The notes: generated from the letters alone by a model not told the origin. A stretch of DNA of 63,314 nucleotides, filler included, from Octopus bimaculoides (GCF_001194135.2; 9 parts of 9 records of this genome joined end to end with filler, not necessarily neighbours in it); one strand, 5' to 3'; counted from the whole stretch's first letter, positions 50,315 through 63,092 are shown. Made by a program: numbers and translations.

Positions 50315-51756
50315 CCTCATCATCATTTGTTGTCCCTTCTGACATGGGTTGGACATGTGTGTATTTGTGTTTGTCACTCCCACTGCTTGACTGCTGGTGT
50401 TGGTCTGTTTATATCCCTGTAACTTAGCAGATCAGCTAAATTACAAGGATGTAACTTAGCTAAATGTAAGTTCAAAATAAATGCCAGACTTAAAACAAAC
50501 AATGAAGTCTTGTGGTAGTGGTGGTATGGGGTCATACTGTTTTACTAAACCCTTTAAGATGGTCCCCTGCAGTCCAAAGACCAAAACAAGTTGGTGATAA
50601 ACGATTAATAATACTGTAGGTATTTGTCTTGGAGGTGTTGATGAAAGAGGGTTTTACAAATATGCCAAATACCTGTTTGTAATCTAAAATATTTCCCACA
50701 CTGTAAAAATTACATTGTGAAAATATTACCTACAATTTTATGATTTTCTCTCTTTAATGTCTTGTTAATGTTTTTTCCCCCCTTTTTTTCCAATTCTCAA
50801 TGGAAAATTAATCTGTATTTATAAATCTTCTTCCATGGAAATCTATCCATTGGTTTAAATGTAACTGCATATGCACTTCTCCACATACAGCATCTACTTA
50901 CAGCTGCATGATTTTTATTTATTCATTTATGTACTTATTTATTTATTTGCGTATTTATTACCTTTGATGTCAGTGTTAACTGATTGTTTATGAAAACTAC
51001 TTTTTTGCAGCCTTTTACCAGGTTTCCTTCTTTTATTCCAATTAGGAGCTGGTAATTCTTCGATAAAACTGAACTTGAAATTCTTTTATCATCAAAACTC
51101 TAAACACTTATGTCACCTAAACTCAACTAATTGATGCCTAACCTCTATCTTGCCTTTAATTTTGACTTGTTATTTCCTCTGAAAAATACAATGCAAGTTT
51201 ATTTTCTCCACTTCCTTGTCCAATGATACCTTAATTAGCATGCTACCTGCAGAAATAGTAATGATACCATAATTGGAACATCAGGTACTGAAATAGTAAT
51301 GAGGAGTTAACGTTCTCTTTCTGTGGTCTTTTTTTCTTCTTTTTTCCTTCTCCCTTTCTTTTGTATTTCTGTCCAAAATAATCAAGTATTATTAATATCA
51401 TCTTTGTTCTCCACATGGTAAAGCAGTATTTTTTTGTTTATTATTCATGTTTTGTTCTTTTAAATTCCATATCCTTTGTTACTATTTCTAAATGACAGTC
51501 TTCTGATAAATAAGAACTAAGAAATAATTGGACAAGGGTACAAATTTTTTTCTCTCTTTTTTTTTTTTCATTATTCTCCCATTCTTTTCCTTTCATTTCT
51601 GTCCTATTATTCCCTGGCACGAAGAATATAGAAGTGAATGTTTATTGTCAGTTGTTTGACTGCATATTTCATTTTGGCTTCTCAGTCATTACAAGGCAAG
51701 TCTCTTTCTCTTTTACTACAATGCTACCCACTATTTAGTAGCTTGTTTGTGCCCAC

Positions 51757-52860
51757 TTTGCAACATGAATTATAGTAGTTCTACTTTCGGAGAAGTGTTA
51801 ATGTGTGTAGATACATGTAAAATACTAAACTAATTGGCCAACAAGCTTCAATGATGGTATTGTCACTGATTGTCAGTCATTACTCACTCAATCATTACTC
51901 ACTCACTGTATTGTCCCAAGAGGTGATTCGGTGATGAACTTGTCATGAATGTTGGTTGCAGCTGGTAAAGTCTTTAATAATTTCTTTGTTACAAATGGTT
52001 TGAAAAAGACATCAAGAGTTTGCTTTGTTAAAGCAAGAATTAGGTACATTATCAAGCACATGCATATAAATAGTCAAGTTTAACCCTTTTTTTTTACTGT
52101 ATTTCTTTCAAATTACACTGCTTTTCTTTCAATTAATTTTGAAAATAATGAAGGAATTAATAAAATAACTTTGTCATTATTAAGCTAGTGTTTGAGACAT
52201 AAATAACATGAAATTTTGATTGGAGGCTGTAATTTAGATCACTTAAAACAGCAAATTTGTATTATAGGACTAGGGACAATTTCAGACGGTTTGGTATCAA
52301 AGAGATTAAAAAAAAAATATTGGCTAAATACTGAACTTTTGTATTGAATGGATGTGGGTTGACTTGAAATGAAATCTCACCTGGCTCATAACAGTGATCT
52401 GTGTGTGTGGTAGCCGTTCAAGATATGAATTTATAGGGAAAAGCCAACTTGGGTTGCTTGGCAAATATTGAAACTAAGTAAAGATGAAAGTGGCTTTGAT
52501 TTGAGCTGAGCCCATAATACAGTTTTCAAATCCTGTTTGTAGTCAGTTGTAGTACTGGTTTCAAGAAAGAAATGAATGTCACACATTCCAAATTTCTTTA
52601 ACTGGTCAACTTGAGGCTCCTCTCTGCAATACAAACTGCTATATAGAATCTAATTTGCATCCACTTGTAGCATGAATTATAGTAGTTTTACTTTAGAAAA
52701 ACTGTTAATGGGTGGAGTTAAAGTACATTTTAAGACACAGAACTGATTGGCCAACAAACTTCACTTTTTGGATCATCACTGATTGTCAGTCATCACTCAC
52801 TTTGCAGCTCACACTCAAGGTATAATACTGAGGAATGTTACAGTGATGAATTTGTGAATG
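51757..52860 (+). repeat. Diverged ~190-bp direct repeat pair (~51760-51950 and ~52668-52860)
   Basis: CATGAATTATAGTAGTT.TACTTT, ATTGGCCAACAA.CTTCA and TCACTGATTGTCAGTCAT.ACTCACT each occur twice in the same order. Confidence 0.8.
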
Positions 52861-53005
52861 ACAGTACGTCTCACATCACCAGTTCTGTTTACCAAAAGTG
52901 GCCCACTTGGCACCGTGCATTCGTTGCAAACAATTCTCCCCTATTATATCCCTCGCTCTTCTCCTTGAGTGCTGCACTTATGACACTAATCACTTGATTG
53001 TGACA

Positions 53006-54195
53006 CTATGCATATCTGTCTAGTGCTAGCCAGCAGTTTGACAGAACATGTCTCACCGTTGCTTTCTCTCTGCGTCTACATTCATCAGTTGTTTGTATGT
53101 TCCACCGGACTAAATTCACCACTGAAGGTAAAACATCGAAGGTAGACTTGATCAGGAAGGATGTTCTTGCTTGTTCCCAAGTCCAAAGTCCCTTCCATGA
53201 GATTCTGTGACTGACTACATATTCCTCCCATCTCAGGCACTGTCCCTGTTGATTACATTGCACCAAATGTACATTTCACTGTTCTTCTTCCTCCTTTCTC
53301 ACTTCGTGTATCACTGCCTCTTTCATCTCTTTTACAAAATGACTTGAAATTGTGCAACCCTAGACTGGCTCTTGCTTCTTGCGTCACTCCGACTATATCG
53401 GCATTCCTTAGCTTTCTGATCACCTTGTTTACTGCCTCTTCCGCTTTCCATTTCTTCCCTGTTCGTACCTTTGGAGGGTTTTCTTGGATGTTCTGATCTT
53501 TTGAATACCTTAGCATCATTACTGTCGTTGCCTTTCCTGCCTTATATTCTTCAGTGATTGCTGTTATTGGTAGTTGCAGCACGGGTTTCCCATATAGTGC
53601 AATTGTATTCAGTGGTTTTAGAAGACCAAACCATTTTCTGATAAACACACTGCATCTTTGTTCCATCCTTTCTACTCTACTCGAGGCTATTTCGTACATT
53701 TGCAATGGCCACATTATCCTTGGGTACAGCCCAAATTGCAGTATCCAGCATTTGAATTTCCCCAGTAATGTTGTTCTGTCAATTGTCTTTAGTCCTTGTT
53801 CCACTAAATCGTGTTTCTTTCCCTTGCTTCTTATCATTTAGTAAATCTCTATACCATCTGCCGAGACTCTTTACTGGTTCTTTCACCATTGGTATATCTT
53901 CACCTCCTATCCTGAATTTCACATCTTTTTGGACTCCTTTCACGAAAGCCATGCTTTGAGATATTTTGGCTTTGAATTTCATTCTCACCCATCCTATTAG
54001 TTCGTCCAACCGCTCAAACATTCCATCTGCTGCTTCTCTACTTTCTGATAATACAGTAATAATGTCCATAAAAGCCTTTAATGGTATCTTTGTAACAGAT
54101 TTCTCACAGTTTGTTCATCTTAGTAACATCTTCTTGACTAGCACAAATAAGATGACTGGAGCAGCATGTGGGTGTGTGACTTCTGTTTGTCCCCA
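53006..54195 (-). mobile_element. HERO-clade (REL-type) non-LTR retrotransposon fragment: RT C-half, thumb and CCHC-proximal region
   Basis: Reads VILFVL..., KAFMDIITV (degenerate AFMDD), KEPVKSLGRWY, GKFKCWILQFGLYPRIMWPL, VRTGKKWKAEEAV, QGQCLRWE..RISWKGLW, FLIKSTFDVLPS..NL..W. Frameshifted; stops before the endonuclease. Confidence 0.85.
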
Positions 54196-54465
54196 TTAGC
54201 AACAGCCGAGCAAAAATGCTGCATTTGTTTAAATTCTCCAGTGAACAAAAGACCTGTAGTTTTAGTGGCTTCAGCACTTTTGACAGTCAAGGCTGAGGGT
54301 CCAGTGACATGAAAGATACCATACTTGGAAAACCAGGTATAGCTTGAAGGCAGGAAGAATATCCAGCACTAGAAAATTTTCCTCGATACATTTCATCTAA
54401 CCCAAGCAAGCATGGAAAAACCAGGTGTAAAAATGATGATAATATTGATGATGATGATGATGTTA

Positions 54466-54853
54466 TTGTTGTTGTTGGCACTCCGTTGCTTACGACATCG
54501 AGGGTTCCAGTTGATCCGATCAACGGAACAGCTTGCTCGTGAAATTAATGTGCAAGTGGCTGAGCACTCCACAGACACATGTACCCTTAATGTAGTTCTC
54601 GGGGATATTCAGCGTGACACAGTGTGACAAGGCTGACCCTTTGAATTACAGGCACAACAGAAACAGGAAGTAAGAGTGAGAGAAAGTTGTGGTGGAAGAG
54701 TACAGCAGGGTTCGCCACCATCCCCTGCTGGAGCCTCGTGGAGCTTTAGGTGTTTTCGCTCAATAAACACTCACAACGCCCGGTCTGGGAATCGAAACCG
54801 CGATCCTACGACCGCGAGTCTGCTGCCCTAACCACTAGGCCATTGCGCCTCCA
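54466..54853 (-). mobile_element. Full-length SINE family A inserted in a (GAT)n tract
   Basis: Reverse complement of 60317-60703; TGATGATGATGATGAT on both flanks. Confidence 0.9.
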
Positions 54854-56116
54854 CTGATGATGATGATGATATTGCTACTAATATAAGAACAATTATAGGA
54901 ATCACATTAATGCTATAAGAAGAGTAATTGAAATATATAATGGTGCCAATACAAAATCAAGAACAACAAAAAGAGAGAAAAAAAATCTTTGGTGAGGGGA
55001 AAAGTTGACATATGTATTTCGTATTATAATAACTGCTAGAATTGTCTTCCAGTTGGTTTGGTCTAATTAACATAAGTTAACAAGTAGAAATTGTAATATA
55101 TTTTCCATTGCTCACCTTAAAAACATTATACATATCCGGTTGTTGTTATGTAGATTTAAAATAAAGTGAAGAAAACAAAAATAAAAACTAATAAACAATG
55201 GAAAAAGGAAAAGAACAAAATGTAACAAACAGATGAGGAATGTAGAAGAAAAAACTAAAGCAAAAATAGAAAACCTGAAAATATCACTTTGATAAATAGC
55301 TAACTTAAAACATTATATATATGTATATATATATANNNNNNNNNNNNNNNNNNNNNNNNNNNNNNNNNNNNNNNNNNNNNNNNNNNNNNNNNNNNNNNNN
55401 NNNNNNNNNNNNNNNNNNNNNNNNNNNNNNNNNNNNNNNNNNNNNNNNNNNNNNNNNNNNNNNNNNNNNNNNNNNNNNNNNNNNNNNNNNNNNNNNNNNN
55501 NNNNNNNNNNNNNNNNNNNNNNNNNNNNNNNNNNNNNNNNNNNNNNNNNNNNNNNNNNNNNNNNNNNNNNNNNNNNNNNNNNNNNNNNNNNNNNNNNNNN
55601 NNNNNNNNNNNNNNNNNNNNNNNNNNNNNNNNNNNNNNNNNNNNNNNNNNNNNNNNNNNNNNNNNNNNNNNNNNNNNNNNNNNNNNNNNNNNNNNNNNNN
55701 NNNNNNNNNNNNNNNNNNNNNNNNNNNNNNNNNNNNNNNNNNNNNNNNNNNNNNNNNNNNNNNNNNNNNNNNNNNNNNNNNNNNNNNNNNNNNNNNNNNN
55801 NNNNNNNNNNNNNNNNNNNNNNNNNNNNNNNNNNNNNNNNNNNNNNNNNNNNNNNNNNNNNNNNNNNNNNNNNNNNNNNNNNNNNNNNNNNNNNNNNNNN
55901 NNNNNNNNNNNNNNNNNNNNNNNNNNNNNNNNNNNNNNNNNNNNNNNNNNNNNNNNNNNNNNNNNNNNNNNNNNNNNNNNNNNNNNNNNNNNNNNNNNNN
56001 NNNNNNNNNNNNNNNNNNNNNNNNNNNNNNNNNNNNNNNNNNNNNNNNNNNNNNNNNNNNNNNNNNNNNNNNNNNNNNNNNNNNNNNNNNNNNNNNNNNN
56101 NNNNNNNNNNNNNNNN

Positions 56117-56158
<42 letters not shown>

Positions 56159-56224
56159 TTTTACACTTGTGCAGGCACGTGTGTGTACACATATCAATCT
56201 GTCAATATATATGTATATAGATAT

Positions 56225-56257
<33 letters not shown>

Positions 56258-56294
56258 CATACATATAGTGAGAGAGAGAGAAAGAGAGAGGTGT

Positions 56295-56449
56295 GTGTGT
56301 ATTTACTTGATTAAGAAGTTTGATTTGTAACCTTGTAGTTTTGGGTTCAGTCACAGCGCACAGCACTTTGGGCAAAAGTCTTCTGCCATACCTCTGAGCT
56401 GACTAATATCTTGTGAGTGAATTTGATTGATGGAGACTGTGTGGAAGCC

Positions 56450-56493
<44 letters not shown>

Positions 56494-56735
56494 ATATATA
56501 TGTGTATATATATGCATGTGTATATGTATGATGTTGTGACTGTTTGTGTTTGCTCACCACCATCATCACCACTGTTACCATCACCTGACAATTTGTTCCT
56601 GTAACTTAGAAGTTTTGACAAAAGGGGTTGACAGAACATGTACCAGAGTTAAGTGATAAGTACTGGGTTCCGTTTGTTCAACTAAACCCGTCAAGGCACT
56701 GCCCCAGCATGGGTACAACCCAATCTCTGAAGCAA
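56295..56735 (+). mobile_element. Old SINE family C copy
   Basis: TTTGGGTTCAGTC..GCACTTTGGGCAA..GTCTTCT head; CAAGGCACTGCCCCAGCATGG tail. Confidence 0.65.
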
Positions 56736-56760
56736 GTATGTGATAAAGACATATGTATAT

Positions 56761-56797
<37 letters not shown>

Positions 56798-56887
56798 NNN
56801 NNNNNNNNNNNNNNNNNNNNNNNNNNNNNNNNNNNNNNNNNTTAATTAATTAANNNNNNNNNNNNNNNNNNNNNNNNNNNNNNNNNN

Positions 56888-56971
56888 NNNNNNNNNNTAT
56901 AGTACGCACTAGAAATTTTGACCTTTAAATTTTGGGAAAAAAGTGCGCATTATACTCGAGGATTTACGGTA
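56888..56971. mobile_element. Terminal fragment of a pogo/Tc1-like MITE (cut by gap)
   Basis: Ends TGCGCATTATACTCGAGGATTTACGGTA, i.e. a TA-CCGTAAATCCTCGAG type TIR in reverse. Confidence 0.45.
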
Positions 56972-57059
56972 TTTCAATCAACTGAAGTTATCTCCCTTTC
57001 TCTCAGTGTATGGGGGAATTAGCGAGGAAGATAAAGAGGTGCAGAATAGGAAGATAAAT

Positions 57060-57175
57060 AAGTGGTTAAGAAGCCCGCTTTGCAATCACGTAGGTTTCCT
57101 ATGCGCGGCATCTCCTGTAAATCTCTTCTACTGAAGCCTGGTGACTGAATTTGCAAGACGGAAGCCAGTCAAAAG

Positions 57176-57226
<51 letters not shown>

Positions 57227-57450
57227 GTCAATCTATCTATTTGTATACATGCTTGTGTGTATATCTCCGTCCTTGTGTCTCTCTCTCACCACTGCTAGAC
57301 AAACAGGTTTAGTTTGTTGACAATAGAGACCCATACAATAAGTACTAGAGTTAGTAACAAATATTTACTGGCGTCAGTTTGTTTGACAATACACTTCAAG
57401 GCGGTACTCCAGCTTGGCCGCAGTCCAGTGATTGAAACAGGGAAAAAGAA
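57060..57450 (+). mobile_element. Highly diverged SINE family C-like copy with internal (ATCT)n
   Basis: AAGTGGTTAAGAAGC head; CTTCAAGGCGGTACTCCAGC.TGGCCGCAGTCCAGTGATTGAAACA tail. Confidence 0.6.
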
Positions 57451-57717
57451 GGCAAAGGTATATTAAGTTGATGTTTAGCTCCATGTCGGCTCTAATTTAA
57501 GCGGCTCATATTCAGTTACATTGAAAATGCAGTAGCCTGATGTCGGACGGAACAGTCAGTGTCGTTGATATTTTTTTTGAGAGACAATAAATAAATAAAT
57601 AAATAAACAAATAAATAAACTATACATGTGGTTGTTAATTTATGTTGGATCAAATTATACATGTTATCTAAATATAAGGAAAAATCAGATGGGACGAAAT
57701 AAGCACTACTGGACATA

Positions 57718-57719
57718 AC

Positions 57720-57766
<47 letters not shown>

Positions 57767-58110
57767 CACTTCCAATCGATTGGAAGTGTTGTCATTATTT
57801 GATTGGAAGTGTTATCATTAATCGATTGGAAGTGTTATCATGTACATTGCTTTGTCTTGGTATAAAAGATGGGCTACAGCAAATATTCTGCTCAATACCA
57901 CAGATTTGCTTGTCAGTTGTTTGACCTTAACCATTTGAGCATGTCCCTTGGTGGCTGACGATATGTGCATCTCTGATCATAAGCAGAAATAGTTGGGAAG
58001 CATCATAGCTATGTGTTGAGAGGAATTCTTTGGGATTTGAATAATTCACCTTTGGACACGTGAGTGTTTTGCTCAACATCCTTAAACAAACCTTATTCAG
58101 GGACCTTTTG
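57718..58110 (-). mobile_element. Retroposon 3' end with (TTA)n tail, short tandem duplication and 22-bp palindrome at the junction
   Basis: (AAT)n 57718-57765; GATTGGAAGTGTT(G/A)TCAT three times; family assignment uncertain. Confidence 0.45.
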
Positions 58111-58369
58111 NNNNNNNNNNNNNNNNNNNNNNNNNNNNNNNNNNNNNNNNNNNNTTAATTAATTAANNNNNNNNNNNNNNNNNNNNNNNNNNNNNNNNNN
58201 NNNNNNNNNNTCAATACATCTGTCAATAGAGTGGGTATATCAATCGATGTATACGGTATTATATATCCGTTACGGCCGAATGCACACACCTTATTTTGCC
58301 CTTTTAAAAACTTTTTTTTACGGTTTATAAACTCAAACGTACACACAAACACTTTACTCACACACATAC

Positions 58370-58662
58370 ATCATCTATCTGCCTATCTATCTATCTGTCG
58401 ATCGATCGATCTATCTATCAAACCATCGATCGATCGATCTATCTATCTAACCATCGATCGATCGATCTATCTATCTAACCATCTATCTATCTAGCCATCT
58501 ATCTATCTAACCATCTATCGATCTATCAATCTATCGATCGATCTATCTATCGATCTATCTATCTAACCATCTATCTATCGATCTATCTATAAAACCATCT
58601 ATCTATCTAACCATCTATCTATCGATCGATCTATCTATCTAACCATCTATCTATCTATCTAT
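58370..58662. repeat. Compound (ATCT)n/(ATCG)n satellite with a recurring ATCTAACC punctuation
   Basis: Directly visible. Confidence 0.9.
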
Positions 58663-59581
58663 ATGCGATTTATTACTAGAACTAATCTATAATCAATAAA
58701 TTGCATTAATTAATGGATTATATGTCTGTGTTACACCCCCCCCCCCNNNNNNNNNNNNNNNNNNNNNNNNNNNNNNNNNNNNNNNNNNNNNNNNNNNNNN
58801 NNNNNNNNNNNNNNNNNNNNNNNNNNNNNNNNNNNNNNNNNNNNNNNNNNNNNNNNNNNNNNNNNNNNNNNNNNNNNNNNNNNNNNNNNNNNNNNNNNNN
58901 NNNNNNNNNNNNNNNNNNNNNNNNNNNNNNNNNNNNNNNNNNNNNNNNNNNNNNNNNNNNNNNNNNNNNNNNNNNNNNNNNNNNNNNNNNNNNNNNNNNN
59001 NNNNNNNNNNNNNNNNNNNNNNNNNNNNNNNNNNNNNNNNNNNNNNNNNNNNNNNNNNNNNNNNNNNNNNNNNNNNNNNNNNNNNNNNNNNNNNNNNNNN
59101 NNNNNNNNNNNNNNNNNNNNNNNNNNNNNNNNNNNNNNNNNNNNNNNNNNNNNNNNNNNNNNNNNNNNNNNNNNNNNNNNNNNNNNNNNNNNNNNNNNNN
59201 NNNNNNNNNNNNNNNNNNNNNNNNNNNNNNNNNNNNNNNNNNNNNNNNNNNNNNNNNNNNNNNNNNNNNNNNNNNNNNNNNNNNNNNNNNNNNNNNNNNN
59301 NNNNNNNNNNNNNNNNNNNNNNNNNNNNNNNNNNNNNNNNNNNNNNNNNNNNNNNNNNNNNNNNNNNNNNNNNNNNNNNNNNNNNNNNNNNNNNNNNNNN
59401 NNNNNNNNNNNNNNNNNNNNNNNNNNNNNNNNNNNNNNNNNNNNNNNNNNNNNNNNNNNNNNNNNNNNNNNNNNNNNNNNNNNNNNNNNNNNNNNNNNNN
59501 NNNNNNNNNNNNNNNNNNNNNNNNNNNNNNNNNNNNNNNNNNNNNNNNNNNNNNNNNNNNNNNNNNNNNNNNNNNNNNNNN

Positions 59582-59846
59582 GTGGATTTGGTAGACGGAA
59601 ACTGAAAGAAGCCCATCGTATATATATGTATATATATGTTTGTGTGTCTGTGTTTGTCCCCCCAACATCGCTTGACAATCAATGCTGGTGTGTTTACGTC
59701 CCCGTAACTTAGCGGTTCAGCAAAAAGAGCTCGATAGAATAAGTACTGGGCTTCCAAAGAATAAGTCCTGGGGTCGATTTGCTTGACTAAAAGGCGGTGC
59801 TCCAGCATGGCCACAGTCAAAAGACTGAAACAAGTAAAAGAGTAAA
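59582..59846 (+). mobile_element. SINE family C 3' two-thirds (5' end in gap)
   Basis: GTGGATTTGGTAGACGGAAACTGAAAGAAGCCC ... GACTGAAACAAGTAAAAGAGTAAAA. Confidence 0.9.
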
Positions 59847-60316
59847 ACAGACTGAGCCGTCGCTCAATCGAGCACTGCCCGAGGGCCCGGAGCTCTGAGT
59901 GGCATGCACTCTACATGTTAACGCTACTAAAGCAATGCTAAGGAACCTGGTAAACAGTTATGCCCGAGAGCTCTTAATACTCTCAGTTCACCCCTATCAT
60001 CAAATTATCAGAGTGGAAGCCTTCCAAGGGATTGTTTCCACTCACGCAGGTACCACTCAGCAACTGCATAGCTTCACTGATTATTTATGCACTGTGCAAC
60101 AGGTAGAGTCCATTTGAGTTTGTTCGGACAATATTTGGTGATAACGTCCTTCGCTACAGTAGAGGACAAACAGAAACACAAACACACACATATATATAGG
60201 TGATTAAAATCAAAATAAGCAACAAGGCTATCCATAGTTAATGCAGTATGATCGTTTCATGCGACTCCATTTAATAAAGCAATGTGAACATTATATCAAG
60301 TATAAAATGCAGAGCA

Positions 60317-60703
60317 TGGAGGTGCAATGACCCAATGGTTAGGGCAAGCGGACTCGCAGTCATAGGATCGCGGTTTCGATTCCCGGACCAGGTGTTGTGA
60401 GTGTTTATTGAGCGAAAACACCTAAAGCTCCACGAGGCTCCGGCAGGGGATGGTGGCGAACCCTGTTGTACTCTTTCACCACAACTTTCTCTCACTCTTT
60501 CTTCCTGTTTCTGTTTGTGCCTGTAATTCAAAGGGTCAGCCTTGTCACACTCTGTGTCACGCTGAATATCCCCACCGAGAACTACATCAAGGGTACACGT
60601 GTCTGTGGAGTGCTCAGCCACTTGCACGTAAATTTCACGAGCAAGCTGTTCCGTTGATCGGATCAACTGGAACCCTCGACGTTGTAAGCGACGGAGTGCC
60701 AAC
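60317..60703 (+). mobile_element. Full-length SINE family A with perfect 13-bp TSD
   Basis: tRNA-like head (TGGTTAGGGC...GGTTTCGATTCCC); AAAATGCAGAGCA at 60304-60316 and 60704-60716. Confidence 0.92.
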
Positions 60704-60829
60704 AAAATGCAGAGCAATCCTCAGCTGCACAAAGATATAGAAATTTAATGAAATTACATTTCAACAGAACGACATATTTATATAACTATGTTTAAAACTC
60801 TCCAAGTAGACAGGAAGAATACCAAAAAA

Positions 60830-61205
60830 CCATTTTGACTTGGCCAGACCTCGTCTTCTTGGGTTTACCTCTTCTCCAGGTTCCCTCCACAGTTAGAGAT
60901 CGGCACCTCTTTACACAGCTGTCCTTGTGCATATGCATCACATAACCGTACCAACACAATCATATCTCTCTTGCACACCACATCTGATACAGCTTATTCC
61001 CGTCTTTTCTCTCCTCAAGGTGCTTACACCTTATACATGCACACTAACATTGCACATCCGGCTAAATATACTGGTTTCATTTCTTTCAAGGCCTGTGATA
61101 AAATGTGCTGCAACCAAGCCCATCCCACATTTTGTTCCAGGCAGTGCTTTCAACAGCGACATTTTCTGGTCAGCTTAACCTTTTGTTTCAAAGCAAACAG
61201 GAAAA
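60830..61205 (-). mobile_element. RTE-clade LINE fragment
   Basis: The minus strand contains RRGKPKKTR (RGRPKKTW-like) near the end; degenerate upstream. Confidence 0.55.
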
Positions 61206-61309
61206 GTTAGTTATGTTAAGTGATTTGAGGAAATTGTAGCAGCTGGTTTTGTTGGCATAAAAATTTATATAAATATTATCTCACAAAGACCATTTGTTGC
61301 TTTTATTTA

Positions 61310-61552
61310 ACCTAGAGTGGTGTGGTAACTAAGGAACCTGGTTGATTATTAGAAATACCAAAGTTTGAAGGGATATTGTGTTGCTGTGCAGCTCGCTAGA
61401 AATAACAGCCACATCTCCCTCTAATCAGAACTCTTTTACAGTGGTTGAATATTAGAAATACCAAAGTTTGAAGGAAGGGAGACTGTGTTGCTGCTCGGCT
61501 TGCTAGAAATAACAGCCACATCTCCCTCTAATCAGAACTCTTTTACAGTGGT
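61310..61552 (+). repeat. SINE-like head followed by a ~105-bp tandem duplication
   Basis: TATTAGAAATACCAAAGTTTGAAGG...GCTAGAAATAACAGCCACATCTCCCTCTAATCAGAACTCTTTTACAGTGGT occurs twice, adjacent to a gap. Confidence 0.8.
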
Positions 61553-61654
61553 NNNNNNNNNNNNNNNNNNNNNNNNNNNNNNNNNNNNNNNNNNNNTTAA
61601 TTAATTAANNNNNNNNNNNNNNNNNNNNNNNNNNNNNNNNNNNNNNNNNNNNAA

Positions 61655-62425
61655 AACTCCCCCCCTACCTGCATATCTCTTTCTCTCACTCTTTCTCTTA
61701 CTCTTACCTTCTTCCCTCTCTCTCTCTCTCTCTCTCTCGCATACTCTCTTTTTCACTACCCTCCTACTCTCTCACATTTGTCCCCCCCTTCTCTCTCACT
61801 TCCTCCTCCTTCTCCCTCATTGTCTGTTTTTTTCTTCACCCCTTCTTTCATCTTCCCCTCTCCCCTTTTCTTTCTCTCACCAATTTAGTCCCCCCCCTCT
61901 TTTTCAATCTCTTCTCTTGCACACACTTTGTTCTTCTCTCTTTCAAATTCTTTCCTTCTTAACCTCTTTCTTACACACTGTCTCTTTTAATCCTCTCTCT
62001 TTCACTGAATCTCTTTCTTTGTTTATCTTTCTCTCTTTCCATTTCATTCCTTCTTACGTCTCTCTTTCACTCAGTCTCTTTCTTTCTTTGTTCTTCTCTC
62101 TTTCAATTTCTTTCCATCTTAACCTCTTTCTTACCGTCTTTCTCTTTTAATCTTCTCTCTTTCACTCTGTCGCTTTCTTTGTTTTTCCTTCTTAACCTCT
62201 TTCTTACTCTCTCTCTCTCTCTCTTTTAATCCTCTCTCTCCTCCCACCCTCTCTCTTTATCCTATTCTTTCATTCCCACCCTCTCAACCGATGCTTCGTG
62301 CATTCATACTCTCTCACTCTCCATCACTCTCACTCTCTTCCTCTTTCAATTTCTCAGTCTCTCTCACCCCACATCCCCCTTTAAATCTCTCTTCTTTGTC
62401 TCTCCCCCTCTTTCTCTCTCTCTTC
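61655..62425. repeat. CT-rich low-complexity tract
   Basis: Directly visible. Confidence 0.9.
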
Positions 62426-62679
62426 TTAAATGTTGTTGTTATAATTATTGCCATTAATTAATTGTCACAGTAGTAGTTATCGTTTAGTCACTAGTCAAGC
62501 CTCAAATCCCTGGGGTCAACGTAATCAACTAGAATTCTTCCTACACGTGTTTCTATGAAGATTCCTTAATCCAGACTCACTGTACCTTCTTGGTCCTTCA
62601 TAATCATCAGAGTCACAAACTCTAGGGTCCAATATTATAAACAATTATTCTTATTGCTTTTTTCTTGTTGTTTTTCCAG

Positions 62680-62753
62680 GTATTGTCCGTCCTTTGAAGC
62701 AAAAATCATGAGATTTGGGCCCAAAAGCCATCCAGTATGGCTTGAACCTGAAG
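62680..62753 (+). CDS. MTO1: Internal coding exon of mitochondrial tRNA uridine-modification enzyme MTO1 (GidA/MnmG family)
   Basis: TTTTTCCAG|G TAT TGT CCG TCC TTT GAA GCA AAA ATC ATG AGA TTT GGG CCC AAA AGC CAT CCA GTA TGG CTT GAA CCT GAA G|GTAAGC = (R)YCPSFEAKIMRFGPKSHPVWLEPE(G), matching the GidA signature GPRYCPSIE.K..RF...H..WLEPEG. 74 nt, phase 2 to 1; the other two frames contain stops. Confidence 0.92.
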
Positions 62754-63092
62754 GTAAGCCACAAAACATTGCTTAGATTTCAACAGAAGACACTAAACTC
62801 TTTACGTATATGTTAAGATTAAATATGGCAGTGATTGAGGTGTTGGCAGTAGTGTTAGCAGTGGTGCTGCTGTTGCTTTTGTTGTAGTTGTAGTTTCTGT
62901 TGCTATTTATCTTTCTGCTGTTATTGTTTGCTGTTGCTTTTGTTGTAGTTGTTAGTGTCCAATGAAGGAGAGGTTGGCATGGGTGGCCAGTCGTCGAATT
63001 TGGTTTCTATTTCAATTTCAATCACCTTTCAACAGCATTTTATATGAAGAGACGAAGAGACATTAGAACAATTTTACAACAATAAAAATAAG

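Noticed and set aside
57775-61552. CRISPR-like short repeats (57775-57840; 61348-61552)
   Set aside because: Only 2-3 units, no unique equal-length spacers, no cas genes, eukaryotic context; ordinary tandem duplications, the latter beside a gap and possibly an assembly overlap.
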